64,000 nucleotides of DNA from Candidatus Omnitrophota bacterium. GTDB lineage: Bacteria > Omnitrophota > Gorgyraeia > Pluralincolimonadales > Pluralincolimonadaceae. The position numbers and the translations under genes are program-made. Below are positions 27,684-37,529 of the stretch, piece by piece. The notes under the pieces are model-generated. The model was not told the DNA's origin, did not search any database, and worked only from the letters and a program-made list of their open reading frames with translations. The stretch lies in assembly GCA_003141835.1 (NCBI GenBank), contig PLNR01000004.1:13943-77942 (forward strand), read 5' to 3'. Numbering within the stretch: position 1 is the first letter of the stretch; every line of letters begins with the position of its first letter.

Positions 27684-27687
27684 TCCA

Positions 27688-27993
27688 TTATTTTGTTTCC
27701 TGGGTGGAAAGAACTCGCATAAGCGCTTCGAATCCTGCCTCGCCAACTTCCTTCCCGGCCTTAATGCTTTCATGATATATAAATATTGCCGAAATAAGAT
27801 ACAAACTCGCTATTAAAATTATGATTTTGGGCATTTTAGCATACCGAACCCAAAGATATGTTCCTAAAATACTAGAAAAAGAAAGAGCAACTATCATAGG
27901 AATTTGTCCAAACTCGAAATATGCATAAATTCCTAGGAAAAAATTTACTAAAACCGTACCAAGAATTATAGATAACCTTATTATCCAGATCAT
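27688..27993 (-). CDS. Cassette-borne small membrane protein (3 TM)
   Basis: Three hydrophobic segments; first cassette after the attI-like site. Confidence 0.7.
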   Translation of the reverse strand: MIWIIRLSIILGTVLVNFFLGIYAYFEFGQIPMIVALSFSSILGTYLWVRYAKMPKIIILIASLYLISAIFIYHESIKAGKEVGEAGFEALMRVLSTQETK

Positions 27994-28013
27994 TTTCGTT
28001 ATTTAATTTTTCA

Positions 28014-28045
28014 ACCTAACATATAATATACGAATTCGTAGTTTA
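28014..28045 (-). promoter_or_regulatory. attI-like recombination site
   Basis: Minus TAAACTACGAATTCGTATATTATAT-GTTAGGT: core GTTRRRY not preceded by an attC palindrome, at the array head. Confidence 0.6.
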
Positions 28046-28070
28046 TTGGTTGTCGTACTGCCCTGTTATC

Positions 28071-28098
28071 ATTATAAGGCCCAAATTGCTTATTGCAA
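28071..28098 (-). promoter_or_regulatory. Candidate Pc-like cassette promoter
   Basis: Minus TTGCAA-N16-TATAAT pointing into the array. Confidence 0.55.
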
Positions 28099-28169
28099 GC
28101 TCAAATAAATTCGCAAATGACCTGTAATGGCATGAAATACGAATTCGTAATTTGCGGGTTTTTGTACTT

Positions 28170-29609
28170 TTAGAGCTTGGGCAGGCGGGTGGAACCCATG
28201 AGGTATTTGTCGATCGAATGCGCGGCGCGGCGGCCTTCGGAGATGGCCCAGACGATGAGAGACTGGCCCCTCCTCATATCGCCTGCCGCGAATACATCTT
28301 TCACCGAAGTAAGGTAATGCTCGTCGGTCTTGACGTTGCCGCGCGGGTCGAGCTCAACGCCGAGCTGGGAGATCAATCCTTTTTCCGGATGCATGAAGCC
28401 TAGCGCGAGGATGACCAGGTCCACCTCTATCTTGAATTCGCTTCCCGGGACGTCTTTAATAAGCATGCAGCCCTTATCATCGCGGCCTATCTCGACCTTT
28501 ACGCAGGAGAGTTTCTTGACTTGTCCTTTGGCACCCTCGAATTTCTTGGTCGAGACCGACCAATGGCGCTCGCCGCCCTCCTGGTGGCTGGAGGTCGTCT
28601 TCAGTAGCATCGGATATTTCGGCCAAGGGGAATCCTTTGTCCGGCATTCCGGAGGCTGGGGCAATAACTCTACCTGGACAATGCATGACGCGCCCTGCCT
28701 GTGCGCGGTGCCGACGCAGTCCGCGCCGGTGTCACCGCCGCCGATAACGACGACTTTCTTGCCCTTCGCGTCGATGAGCTTTCCGGAAGGTATCTTGGCG
28801 CCGGAGACCCTCTTATTCGACTGGATGAGGAAATCCATCGCGAAATGTATCCCGCCCAACTCGCGGTCCGGTATCTTCAGGTCGCGTGGAAAGCGGCTCC
28901 CGCCGGCAAGCACTATTACATCAAAGTCCTTCTTCAGTTTAGATAGTTTATAACCCGCCCCGACGTCCGTCGAAGTTTTAAATTCAATCCCCTCTTTCTT
29001 CCATATCTTTATGCGCCTGTCGAGGACGGATTTATCGAGCTTGAAATCGGGTATGCCGTAGCGCAGAATACCGCCTATCTTGTCGTCTCTTTCGAATACC
29101 GTGACTTCATGGCCGGCTTTATTCAATTGGTCCGCGCAGGCGAGCCCGGACGGGCCGGAACCGATTACCGCGACTTTCTTTCCGGTGCGTTTTTTCGGAG
29201 GGTTTGCCTTTATCCATCCCTGCTTGAAAGCATATTCTATAATATCGAGTTCATCTTCGCGTATCGTGACAGGGTCGTCGTTTATCCCGAGGACGCACGC
29301 GTATTCGCACAAGGCCGGGCAGATCCTTCCGGTTATCTCGGGCAGGTTATTCGTCGCGGACAGGACATCTATGGCCTTTTTCCATTGGCCGCGGAACATC
29401 AGGTCGTTCCATTCCGGGATATAATTCCCGATGGGGCAGCCCCAGTGGCAGAACGGCACTCCGCAGTCCATGCAGCGCGAGCTCTGGTCCTTCGACTTCT
29501 CCTCCGGGCGCAGGACAGCCACCTCCTTGTAATCCTTTACGCGCTCGCAAACCTCGCGGTAGGATGAGGCCTCCCGTTTTATCTTCATGAACCTCTTTGT
29601 ATCAACCAT
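28170..29609 (-). CDS. gltD: Glutamate synthase small subunit
   Basis: RCMDCGVPFC..GCP, GRICPALCE..C, GSGPSGL, GGGDTG.DC, GDMRRGQSL.VWAI.EGR. Confidence 0.98.
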   Translation of the reverse strand: MVDTKRFMKIKREASSYREVCERVKDYKEVAVLRPEEKSKDQSSRCMDCGVPFCHWGCPIGNYIPEWNDLMFRGQWKKAIDVLSATNNLPEITGRICPALCEYACVLGINDDPVTIREDELDIIEYAFKQGWIKANPPKKRTGKKVAVIGSGPSGLACADQLNKAGHEVTVFERDDKIGGILRYGIPDFKLDKSVLDRRIKIWKKEGIEFKTSTDVGAGYKLSKLKKDFDVIVLAGGSRFPRDLKIPDRELGGIHFAMDFLIQSNKRVSGAKIPSGKLIDAKGKKVVVIGGGDTGADCVGTAHRQGASCIVQVELLPQPPECRTKDSPWPKYPMLLKTTSSHQEGGERHWSVSTKKFEGAKGQVKKLSCVKVEIGRDDKGCMLIKDVPGSEFKIEVDLVILALGFMHPEKGLISQLGVELDPRGNVKTDEHYLTSVKDVFAAGDMRRGQSLIVWAISEGRRAAHSIDKYLMGSTRLPKL

Positions 29610-32600
29610 CGCTTACCTCTTCGAAGAGCACGTCCTTCCTCATGAGCCTGCCTTCAAGGGCGCGCTTGTATTCGATCGGCATGACCTTTATGAAATGCCT
29701 TATCTCGTTGTCAAAATCGTCAAGCACGGCCTTAGCCTTGGCGCTATGCGTATACCTGATATGGTTGGAGAGGAGCTTCTGTATGGTCGCGGTATCCTCG
29801 CCGTCGAGGGCCTCGAACGCGACCATCCCCATATTGCACCTCGTCTTGAATTCCCTGTCCTCGTCGTAGACATACGCGATGCCCCCGGACATGCCTGCCG
29901 CGAAGTTGCGCCCGGTCTTGCCGAGGATGACGACGCGCCCGCCTGTCATGTATTCGCATCCGTGGTCGCCAACACCCTCGATGACCGCGTAGATCCCTGA
30001 GTTGCGTATGCAGAACCTCTCGCCGGCGACGCCGCAGATATAAGCCTCACCTGAAGTGGCGCCGTAGAAAGTGGTATTGCCTATGATGATGTTCTCAGGC
30101 GCCTCGAAAGCCGACGCCTTCGGAGGATAGACGATGATACGCCCTCCGGAAAGCCCCTTGCCGACGTAATCGTTGGCTTCGCCCTCTACCTCGAAGACGA
30201 CACCCCTGGCCAGGAACGCTCCGAAGCTCTGTCCGGCGGTCCCGGTGAATTTATAATGTACCGTATCGTCCGGAAGTCCCTTCTCCCCGTAACGGCGCGC
30301 TATCTCGCCGCTTAGCATAGCGCCTACAGCCCTGTCCGTATTCTTTATGGAAAAGTCGGCCTTGACGTGGTCCTTATTATCGAGCGCCGGCTTCGCGCTT
30401 TCGATAAGTTTAAGGTCCATTACTTTTTCGAGGCCGTGGTCCTGCTTTCTTTCGCAGCGCGTGCCAACGCGCGGAGATACCTGCGGCTTATATAATATCC
30501 TCGAAAGGTCGACATTCTTGGCCTTCCAGTTCAATATGGCCGTATTCAACTCAATAAGCTCGGTGCGGCCGATCAACTCGTCGAGCTTGCGCGCCCCGAG
30601 TTCAGCCATGATCCCGCGGACCTCTTCGGCGACGAAATAAAAATACCTCTGCAGATATTCGGGTTTGCCGGCGAACCTTTTTCCGAGATCCTCGTCCTGC
30701 GTGGCGACGCCGACCGAGCAATTGTTCAGCTGGCAGTGCCTGAGCATGACGCAGCCTAAATTGATGAGCGCGGCGGTCGCGAAGCCGTATTCTTCGGCGC
30801 CCAGCAGCGCCGCTATCACGACGTCACGCCCGGTCCTCATCTGGCCGTCTGTCTGCAGGCGCACGCGGCTCCTTAAGTCGTTTAAAACCAGGGTCTGGTG
30901 CGTCTCGGAAAGCCCGAGTTCCCACGGCAGGCCTGCGTGCTTTATCGAGCTCAAAGGTGACGCGCCGGTGCCTCCGTCGCCGCCGGATATGAGTATCATA
31001 TCCGCGTGGCCCTTGGCGACACCGGCCGCGATAGTGCCCACCCCCATTTCTGAAACAAGTTTGACGCTTATCCGCGCGCGAGGGTTCGCGTTCTTCAGGT
31101 CGAAGATAAGCTGCGCTAAGTCTTCTATGGAATAGATATCATGGTGCGGCGGAGGAGAAATGAGCGTGACGCCCGGCGTCGAATGGCGTACCTTCGCTAT
31201 TACCGGACTGACCTTATGGCCTGGCAGCTGCCCGCCCTCGCCGGGTTTCGCTCCCTGCGCGATCTTTATCTGCAATTCATCAGCGTTGGTCAGGTAATTT
31301 ATCGTGACGCCGAACCTGCCGGAGGCGACCTGCTTCGTCGCGGAACGGAGGCTGTCGCCGTTAGGCAGCGGCGCGTAACGCGCCGGGTCCTCGCCGCCTT
31401 CGCCGGAATTGGATTTTCCTCCGAGGCGGTTCATCGCTATGGCCATCGTCTCGTGCGCGCCCCTGCTTATCGAACCGAAGCTCATAGCGCCGGTCACGAA
31501 ACGTTTTACTATCTCAGATGCCGGCTCGACCTCGTCGAGCGGGACAGGTTTCGCGCCGGGTTTGAACTTCATCAGGCCGCGCAAAGTGCAGAGGTTCTTC
31601 TCCTGGTTATTTATAAGCCCTGCAAATTTTTTGTACAGGGCGGGGTCCTCGAAACGGGTGGCATCCTGGAGCGCGGCTATCGACTCGGGATTCCAGAGAT
31701 GGAACTCGCCGTCGCGCCGCCACTGGTAAAGCCCGCCGTTGGGAAGCTGCGCCGTGCCGCCTTCCTCTTCAGGGAATGCCTCGCCGTGCCTCTTTATGAC
31801 CTCCTGCGCTATCTCGTCTAGCCCTATCCCCTCAATGCGCGAGACTGTGCCGGTAAAACATTTTTCTATAAGTTTGCCACTCAGGCCGACGGCCTCGAAT
31901 ATCTGCGCGCCGCGGTAGCTCTGCAGCGTCGATATGCCCATCTTAGAGAGGATCTTCAGGAGCCCGTGGTTCAGCGCGTCGGTGTAGTTCTTGCGCGCGG
32001 AGCTGGCCGCGAGTTCCGGGTCCGGGAAAGCGATGACAAGCTCTTTCTCTTTTATCATCTTCTCTATCGTCTCATAGGCAAGGTAAGGATTGATGCAGTC
32101 GGCGCCGTATCCGAAAAGTAGCGCGAAATGCGCGACCTCGCGCGGCTCGCCGCTCTCGATGATTATACTCGCCTGCGTGCGCGTTTCGCCGCGGATAAGG
32201 TGATGGTGCACCGCACCGCAAGCAAGGAGCGCCGGGAGCGCGGAATATTTCCCATCGACGCCCCTGTCGCTTAATATTATGAAGGTGCAGCCGCTCTTTA
32301 CGGCCCTCTCCGCTTCGGCGCATATCATATCGAGCGCCTTGCCAAACGCCGCTTTCCCCTTCTTCGCCTCGAAGAGCGTCGGGATGGTCTTTGTCTTGAA
32401 TGTCTTGTTGCGGATATGGCGTATCCTCTCGAGGTCCATATTAGAGAGGATCGGATGCCTGACCTTAAGCCTGTGGCAATGGTCAGGGGTCTCGTCGAGC
32501 AGGTTCATCTCGCGGCCGAGATACGTATTAAGGGTCATGACGAGCTCTTCGCGTATCGGGTCGATGGGCGGGTTGGTGACTTGCGCGAACAGCTGCTTGA

Positions 32601-34161
32601 AATAATCATAAAGCATCCTGGGCCTTGTCGAAAGGACTGCGAGCGGGGTATCGTCGCCCATCGAACCGGTAGGTTCGTTGCCGTCGCCTGCCATGGGCTT
32701 GATTATACTGCGGAGGTCTTCCTTGGAATAACCGAACGCCTTAAGGACCGGGGCCAGGTCCTTCTCGTGCCAGACCTTGAAAGAACGCGGGAAAGGCACG
32801 TCCTCGAGCTTCTCCATATTCTCGTCGAGCCACCTGCCGTACGGCTTTAAGTTCGCTATCGAAGATTTAAGCTCCTCGTCGCCGATTATGCGTCCGGCGC
32901 TGGTATCTATAAGGAACATCCTGCCTGGCTGGAGCCTGCCGTTGACCGCGACCTCTTCGGGCGCAATATCGAGGACGCCGACCTCCGAGGCCATAACAAC
33001 GAGGCCGTTCTTCGTGATGACGTAACGCGCGGGCCTGAGGCCGTTGCGGTCGAGCGTGGCGCCGATAAATTTTCCGTCGGTAAAAGCTATGGCCGCCGGG
33101 CCGTCCCACGGCTCCATGAGGCAGGCGTGATATTCATAAAAGCGCTTCCTCTCTTCGCTGATCTGGTCGTTATCCTGCCATGCCTCGGGGATGAGCATCA
33201 TCATCGCGTGGGGAAGCGAGCGCCCTCCCAGGACGAGGAGTTCCAGCATATTATCCAGCGAAGCCGAGTCGCTTCCGCCGGGAACTATGACCGGGAAGAG
33301 TTTCTTTATATCCTTGCCTAATACGCCGCTCTCGAGCAGGCCCTGCCGCGCCTTCATCCAGTTGATGTTGCCGCGCAGGGTATTTATCTCGCCGTTATGC
33401 GCGAGGAAACGGAACGGCTGGGAGAGGTCCCAGGTCGGGAATGTGTTCGTGCTGTAGCGCGCGTGGAAAAGCGTAAATGAGCTCTCCATCGTCCGGTCTT
33501 TCAGGTCCGGGAAGAAATCCTTCAACTGCGTCGACATCAGGAGGCCCTTGTAACTCAACGTGCGGGACGACAGGCCGGAGATATAAAAGGACGCCTTCTG
33601 CTTTATTGTTGAGCCGCGGACGATGTTCTCGGCCCTCTTCCTTACGATATACAATTTCCTCTCGAAAGCGAGTTCTCCGGCAAGGCTGGCTGGGCGGCCG
33701 ATAAAAACCTGCTTTATGGCAGGCTGGGATTCCCTGGCGGTCTTGCCTATGGCCGAATCGTCGACCGGGACTTCGCGCCAGCCGAGGAATACAAGCCCTT
33801 CCTCTTCGGCGATCTTTTTTAAATTATCCTCGCAGGATCTCCTGTCTTTGTCTTCGGCAGGCAGGAATACGAGGCCGACGCCGTAGTCGCCGGATTTGGG
33901 CAAGCGGATGCCTGTCTTCGAGCATTCCTTCAAAAGGAATTCGTGCGGTACTTGTATCAGGATGCCGGCGCCGTCGCCCGTCTTCGGGTCTGAGCCGGTG
34001 GCGCCGCGGTGCATCAAATGCTCCAGCGCAAGGATCCCCTTGGTAACGATATCATGGGACTTGCTGCCCTTGATATCGCAGACGAACCCGACGCCGCAGC
34101 TGTCGTGCTCGAACCGCGGGTCGTATAATCCCTGTCTTTCCGGCAAGTACGTCTTTTTCAT
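29602..34161 (-). CDS. gltB: Glutamate synthase large subunit
   Basis: HDSCGVGF, YSTNTFP.W, EPWDGPA, GAMSFGS, QVASGRFGV, GAKPGEGGQLPG, CHEYMTGG-type C-terminus. Confidence 0.98.
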   Translation of the reverse strand: MKKTYLPERQGLYDPRFEHDSCGVGFVCDIKGSKSHDIVTKGILALEHLMHRGATGSDPKTGDGAGILIQVPHEFLLKECSKTGIRLPKSGDYGVGLVFLPAEDKDRRSCEDNLKKIAEEEGLVFLGWREVPVDDSAIGKTARESQPAIKQVFIGRPASLAGELAFERKLYIVRKRAENIVRGSTIKQKASFYISGLSSRTLSYKGLLMSTQLKDFFPDLKDRTMESSFTLFHARYSTNTFPTWDLSQPFRFLAHNGEINTLRGNINWMKARQGLLESGVLGKDIKKLFPVIVPGGSDSASLDNMLELLVLGGRSLPHAMMMLIPEAWQDNDQISEERKRFYEYHACLMEPWDGPAAIAFTDGKFIGATLDRNGLRPARYVITKNGLVVMASEVGVLDIAPEEVAVNGRLQPGRMFLIDTSAGRIIGDEELKSSIANLKPYGRWLDENMEKLEDVPFPRSFKVWHEKDLAPVLKAFGYSKEDLRSIIKPMAGDGNEPTGSMGDDTPLAVLSTRPRMLYDYFKQLFAQVTNPPIDPIREELVMTLNTYLGREMNLLDETPDHCHRLKVRHPILSNMDLERIRHIRNKTFKTKTIPTLFEAKKGKAAFGKALDMICAEAERAVKSGCTFIILSDRGVDGKYSALPALLACGAVHHHLIRGETRTQASIIIESGEPREVAHFALLFGYGADCINPYLAYETIEKMIKEKELVIAFPDPELAASSARKNYTDALNHGLLKILSKMGISTLQSYRGAQIFEAVGLSGKLIEKCFTGTVSRIEGIGLDEIAQEVIKRHGEAFPEEEGGTAQLPNGGLYQWRRDGEFHLWNPESIAALQDATRFEDPALYKKFAGLINNQEKNLCTLRGLMKFKPGAKPVPLDEVEPASEIVKRFVTGAMSFGSISRGAHETMAIAMNRLGGKSNSGEGGEDPARYAPLPNGDSLRSATKQVASGRFGVTINYLTNADELQIKIAQGAKPGEGGQLPGHKVSPVIAKVRHSTPGVTLISPPPHHDIYSIEDLAQLIFDLKNANPRARISVKLVSEMGVGTIAAGVAKGHADMILISGGDGGTGASPLSSIKHAGLPWELGLSETHQTLVLNDLRSRVRLQTDGQMRTGRDVVIAALLGAEEYGFATAALINLGCVMLRHCQLNNCSVGVATQDEDLGKRFAGKPEYLQRYFYFVAEEVRGIMAELGARKLDELIGRTELIELNTAILNWKAKNVDLSRILYKPQVSPRVGTRCERKQDHGLEKVMDLKLIESAKPALDNKDHVKADFSIKNTDRAVGAMLSGEIARRYGEKGLPDDTVHYKFTGTAGQSFGAFLARGVVFEVEGEANDYVGKGLSGGRIIVYPPKASAFEAPENIIIGNTTFYGATSGEAYICGVAGERFCIRNSGIYAVIEGVGDHGCEYMTGGRVVILGKTGRNFAAGMSGGIAYVYDEDREFKTRCNMGMVAFEALDGEDTATIQKLLSNHIRYTHSAKAKAVLDDFDNEIRHFIKVMPIEYKRALEGRLMRKDVLFEEVSDG

Positions 34162-34175
34162 GGTTTTTTATATAG

Positions 34176-34210
34176 AAAAAAGCGTCTCTCATTATATACC
34201 TGAAAGACGC
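34176..34210 (-). terminator. Intrinsic terminator 15 nt upstream of gltB
   Basis: Minus GCGTCTTTCA-GGTATATAA-TGAGAGACGC-TTTTTT. Confidence 0.75.
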
Positions 34211-34265
34211 CCTCGTCTCTACCTAATATATTTTAGGTGCCATTAATTATATCACAGCCCCTGCC

Positions 34266-37200
34266 CTAATCAATATATATTTTGATCTCTTCGATCTTTC
34301 TTTCCCTTATAAGGACCGAGTATGGCTCCGGGACGCTGCCGGTGAATTCCTTCACTGCGCCGCCTTCAAGCGTAAGCGCGTATTTTGCTTTTTTGCTGCC
34401 CCCGAATATGTCTTTCCTGCCCGGATTGATATAAGTCACCGGGATCTTTCCCAGGAAGATGAACTTCAGCGTGCCTTTCCCGGCGGTCTCTTTCCGCAAT
34501 TTTCCTTCGGGGGAATAATATTCCGCCTCGCGGTCTTTTTTGAGGAACATATCGCCCTTAAGCGCGGGGGAAAGGCTGAATACCAGCTTACCGTTTGCAT
34601 CGAGCGTGAACGGTTTCCCGCCGGTCATCATGATAAGCCACATATGGACGAACTCGGCGGTCGAGCCTGAGAGCCTCGCGTAGAACCCCTGCCCGTGGAC
34701 TTTCCTGTCAGGATGGACGCTGCTCGCGATGAAGGACGAGTTCTCGAAGATGCTCCTGCCGTAGACCTCGGGCTTCAGGAACGGGACAAGGACATTCTTC
34801 AGCCCCTTGTAATAATCACGGTATAGCCCGGCCTTCAATAATTCGAGCATATATTTATATTCCATGTGCAACCATATCGACTGGTTCTCGAGCCATCCGG
34901 GATTGAACGTCTTGATCCTTCCTATTTCATACGGCTCTTTTTCAAGCGATTCATTGGCCGAAAGCATCTTCAATTTTTTATCCACCAGGCCGCTCTTCAT
35001 GAGGTTGGAGTGCAGCTTCGCGGCGGCAGGCTTATCCTGTTCCGTCTTAAGCGCGTGGACTTGCGCCTCCAGGAACAACGGCAGCAGCTTCGAGTCGAAT
35101 CCCGTAACCCTGATGCAGGGCAGGCAGTTATGGTTTGCCTTCGTGAGCAGCTCGTATCCGGACGGAGTATTGATGAAATATCCGGAATAAAGGCCGGTCT
35201 TCTTGTCGAAACTTTTATCTATGGCAGCCTGCACCCTCTTGGCCGCGAGCGCGAGGTAACCTGATAATTCGTCCGCCGGGACCCGGACAAACCTGCCGGT
35301 TATCCCGTATTTCGTCTTTCTCCTGAAATCCTCTTTTATCGAGGTGAGCTTGTCCCATGCGCCGAAATCATCCAGCTTTCCGTCGAGATAGCCGCTTAAC
35401 ATGCTTTTTGAATCCCTGATCGCCCCGAAAACTTCCTCGGGGAGCTCGAGGGCATTTCCGGACAGGTTCTTCGAGACCATGCCTATCAGCCTCTTCAATT
35501 CAAAGGTCTCGTTCGAGGACGACCCGAAGAGCCCTGGCAGGCCGTTGAGCGCGTCGCACCAGTTCGGCTTATCAGACTCCATCTCGATGCCGCATCCGTC
35601 AGGCCCGATGGAATTTATCTTGTTGACCGCGATGACCAGGAGTTTCGTGATGAGATTTGTCTTATAGACATCACCTTTGCCGTTGGCCTTGCGGACGAGC
35701 GTCTTCTCCGACTTCCTGGAGGCGATCATCGTCCTCTTCCCTTCGTCAACCTTTACCGCGCCCAGCTGTACCGGCTTGCCGTCCCACAAGACGTATTTAT
35801 CTTCCCTCGGCAGCACGGTGTAGGGGTTGTCGTAGAACGTGAAATCCATGCGCCCGGAGAAGAGCTCTTCCCTCCTGTCCGGATAGACGGCAAGGAAACT
35901 GTCGATGAGGTCCATATTATAGAACCAGTGGTCGCTCCAGAAGCCTTCGCCATGCTGCGAATTCTGCTCGCCATCGGAACGCTCAAGTATCCTTGAGAGC
36001 GTCTCCTCATTGGATACGGAGGATTTTATCGAGTTGGAGCCTGCGAACTTGAAGATATCGCCTGGCGCAAAAGCATTTTTAAAAAATACTTCCATCCTAC
36101 GAGCAGCACCACTGCCAAAAAGGTTGACGAGAAGTTTTTTATCCCCCTTATATGTGAACGTTATCCCGCCCACGCCGTGCGGATTGAACCCGTCCATCTG
36201 CACCAGGTTCATGAAATTGGCTATATTGGCAATCCCGACGTCGGGATTGAAGAGCGTATCGTTGCGCCTGTTCTGGTTGACGTCCCTGTAACTGGAATCG
36301 CCCTGTGAATAGAAGGTCGGGGAGGTGTAGAACCGGTTATAATCCCTCTCCAGGTCCCCGTGTTTCCTGGAATAGACATAAAAGACCTTGCTCTTGTCCT
36401 TCGTTACCGTCAGCGGGAAACCTCCCCGCAATACATTATCGAGGAAATTTTGCGCGGAATACCTGTCAAACTTCTCGTCTTCGCTTATGACCAGCGAGGA
36501 TCCCATTATTGATTCGATGACGGCCTTGTTCTTCCTGAGTTGTATCTGGGCGAAATCGACGGTGAGGGCGCGTGCCACTTCTTTCGTTCCGGCCAGGGAA
36601 TCGAGGGTGCCGCAGACACTATATAGGGAGAGCGATGCCGAAGGTTTCAAGGTGACATCTTCATAGCACATGGCCGAAGAGAATTCCCCGCTCGCCAGTT
36701 CGCCTTTCATATCATAAACGAATTTCGACTTTACGTTAAAGAGCGAGGGAAGGATGAGGTCTTTCCTCATCCCGAATATCTGTGAAGCGTCGACGAGGGG
36801 GCGCCTTAATTCCGCCTTATTTCCCTCCACCCTGACGCAGGCGTAATAATGGCCCCTCTTTACCACGGCCACTTCCGGGCCGTCCGCATGGGTGGTCTTT
36901 ATATGGAAATAGGGTATCTTCTTTTCGAGGTTTTCCACAAAACCGAAGGACTTGGCGAGATATCTCATCTTCTTGAGGCCGGCATCGTCCATCCCGAAAG
37001 GGATAACCTGCGGCATGCCGTCGAGGAGTTCGATCTTGAGGGGTCGACGGGATATATTCTTTATTTCAACCTGCCTTATAAGGCCGGGGAACGGCTCCCG
37101 GACTACATTGCAATACCTGACCTCGACGCTTATGCCCAGCTTCTCGTGAACCTCCCTGAGGACCACGGAATAAGGGGTCACGGTCATCACCTGCGACGGG

Positions 37201-37529
37201 ATATACTTCTCTTCCTTCTCGTATATCCTGAACGGCTCATATAGAGTGAATCCGCCCTTGGCCATGACCTTGATGAAAGTCCTGAAACCCTGCGTCCCGA
37301 CAAGCTGGTAGGCGAAATTCGCGGGCAGGAATTCCATCATCGCGCGGTCCTTGCTCTCGATGCCGAGGCTGCAGACCGCCTGGTTCCTGTTCACGTAGAA
37401 GACCCACATCGGGATGCCGTCGACGCCGGCTATACCGGGCAGGAAACTCGAAAAGGGCTTGGAATAGTTGTAGTTCTCGATGACAAATTCGTTGTCACTG
37501 CCGATCTTGTAGGCAGCGGTTGTTTTCAC
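34266..37529 (-). CDS. GH161-like beta-1,3-glucan phosphorylase
   Basis: SFLPGIAG..GIPMWVFYVNR, RKHGDLERDYN, RDVNQNRR, Q.DG.NP, GEGFW.DHW, DALNGLPGLFGSS, PGWLEN.SIWLHMEYKY, ARLSGSTAEF; no signal peptide. Confidence 0.8.
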   Translation of the reverse strand: MKTTAAYKIGSDNEFVIENYNYSKPFSSFLPGIAGVDGIPMWVFYVNRNQAVCSLGIESKDRAMMEFLPANFAYQLVGTQGFRTFIKVMAKGGFTLYEPFRIYEKEEKYIPSQVMTVTPYSVVLREVHEKLGISVEVRYCNVVREPFPGLIRQVEIKNISRRPLKIELLDGMPQVIPFGMDDAGLKKMRYLAKSFGFVENLEKKIPYFHIKTTHADGPEVAVVKRGHYYACVRVEGNKAELRRPLVDASQIFGMRKDLILPSLFNVKSKFVYDMKGELASGEFSSAMCYEDVTLKPSASLSLYSVCGTLDSLAGTKEVARALTVDFAQIQLRKNKAVIESIMGSSLVISEDEKFDRYSAQNFLDNVLRGGFPLTVTKDKSKVFYVYSRKHGDLERDYNRFYTSPTFYSQGDSSYRDVNQNRRNDTLFNPDVGIANIANFMNLVQMDGFNPHGVGGITFTYKGDKKLLVNLFGSGAARRMEVFFKNAFAPGDIFKFAGSNSIKSSVSNEETLSRILERSDGEQNSQHGEGFWSDHWFYNMDLIDSFLAVYPDRREELFSGRMDFTFYDNPYTVLPREDKYVLWDGKPVQLGAVKVDEGKRTMIASRKSEKTLVRKANGKGDVYKTNLITKLLVIAVNKINSIGPDGCGIEMESDKPNWCDALNGLPGLFGSSSNETFELKRLIGMVSKNLSGNALELPEEVFGAIRDSKSMLSGYLDGKLDDFGAWDKLTSIKEDFRRKTKYGITGRFVRVPADELSGYLALAAKRVQAAIDKSFDKKTGLYSGYFINTPSGYELLTKANHNCLPCIRVTGFDSKLLPLFLEAQVHALKTEQDKPAAAKLHSNLMKSGLVDKKLKMLSANESLEKEPYEIGRIKTFNPGWLENQSIWLHMEYKYMLELLKAGLYRDYYKGLKNVLVPFLKPEVYGRSIFENSSFIASSVHPDRKVHGQGFYARLSGSTAEFVHMWLIMMTGGKPFTLDANGKLVFSLSPALKGDMFLKKDREAEYYSPEGKLRKETAGKGTLKFIFLGKIPVTYINPGRKDIFGGSKKAKYALTLEGGAVKEFTGSVPEPYSVLIRERKIEEIKIYID

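Larger units (their letters stand above)
25850..28045 (-). mobile_element. Integron gene-cassette array without integrase in the window (CALIN-like), 4 cassettes
   Basis: Three 75-bp attC sites, a truncated fourth and an attI-like site; each cassette bounded by complementary R'/R'' boxes; visibly AT-rich ORFs, co-oriented, ending just before attC. Confidence 0.9.
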
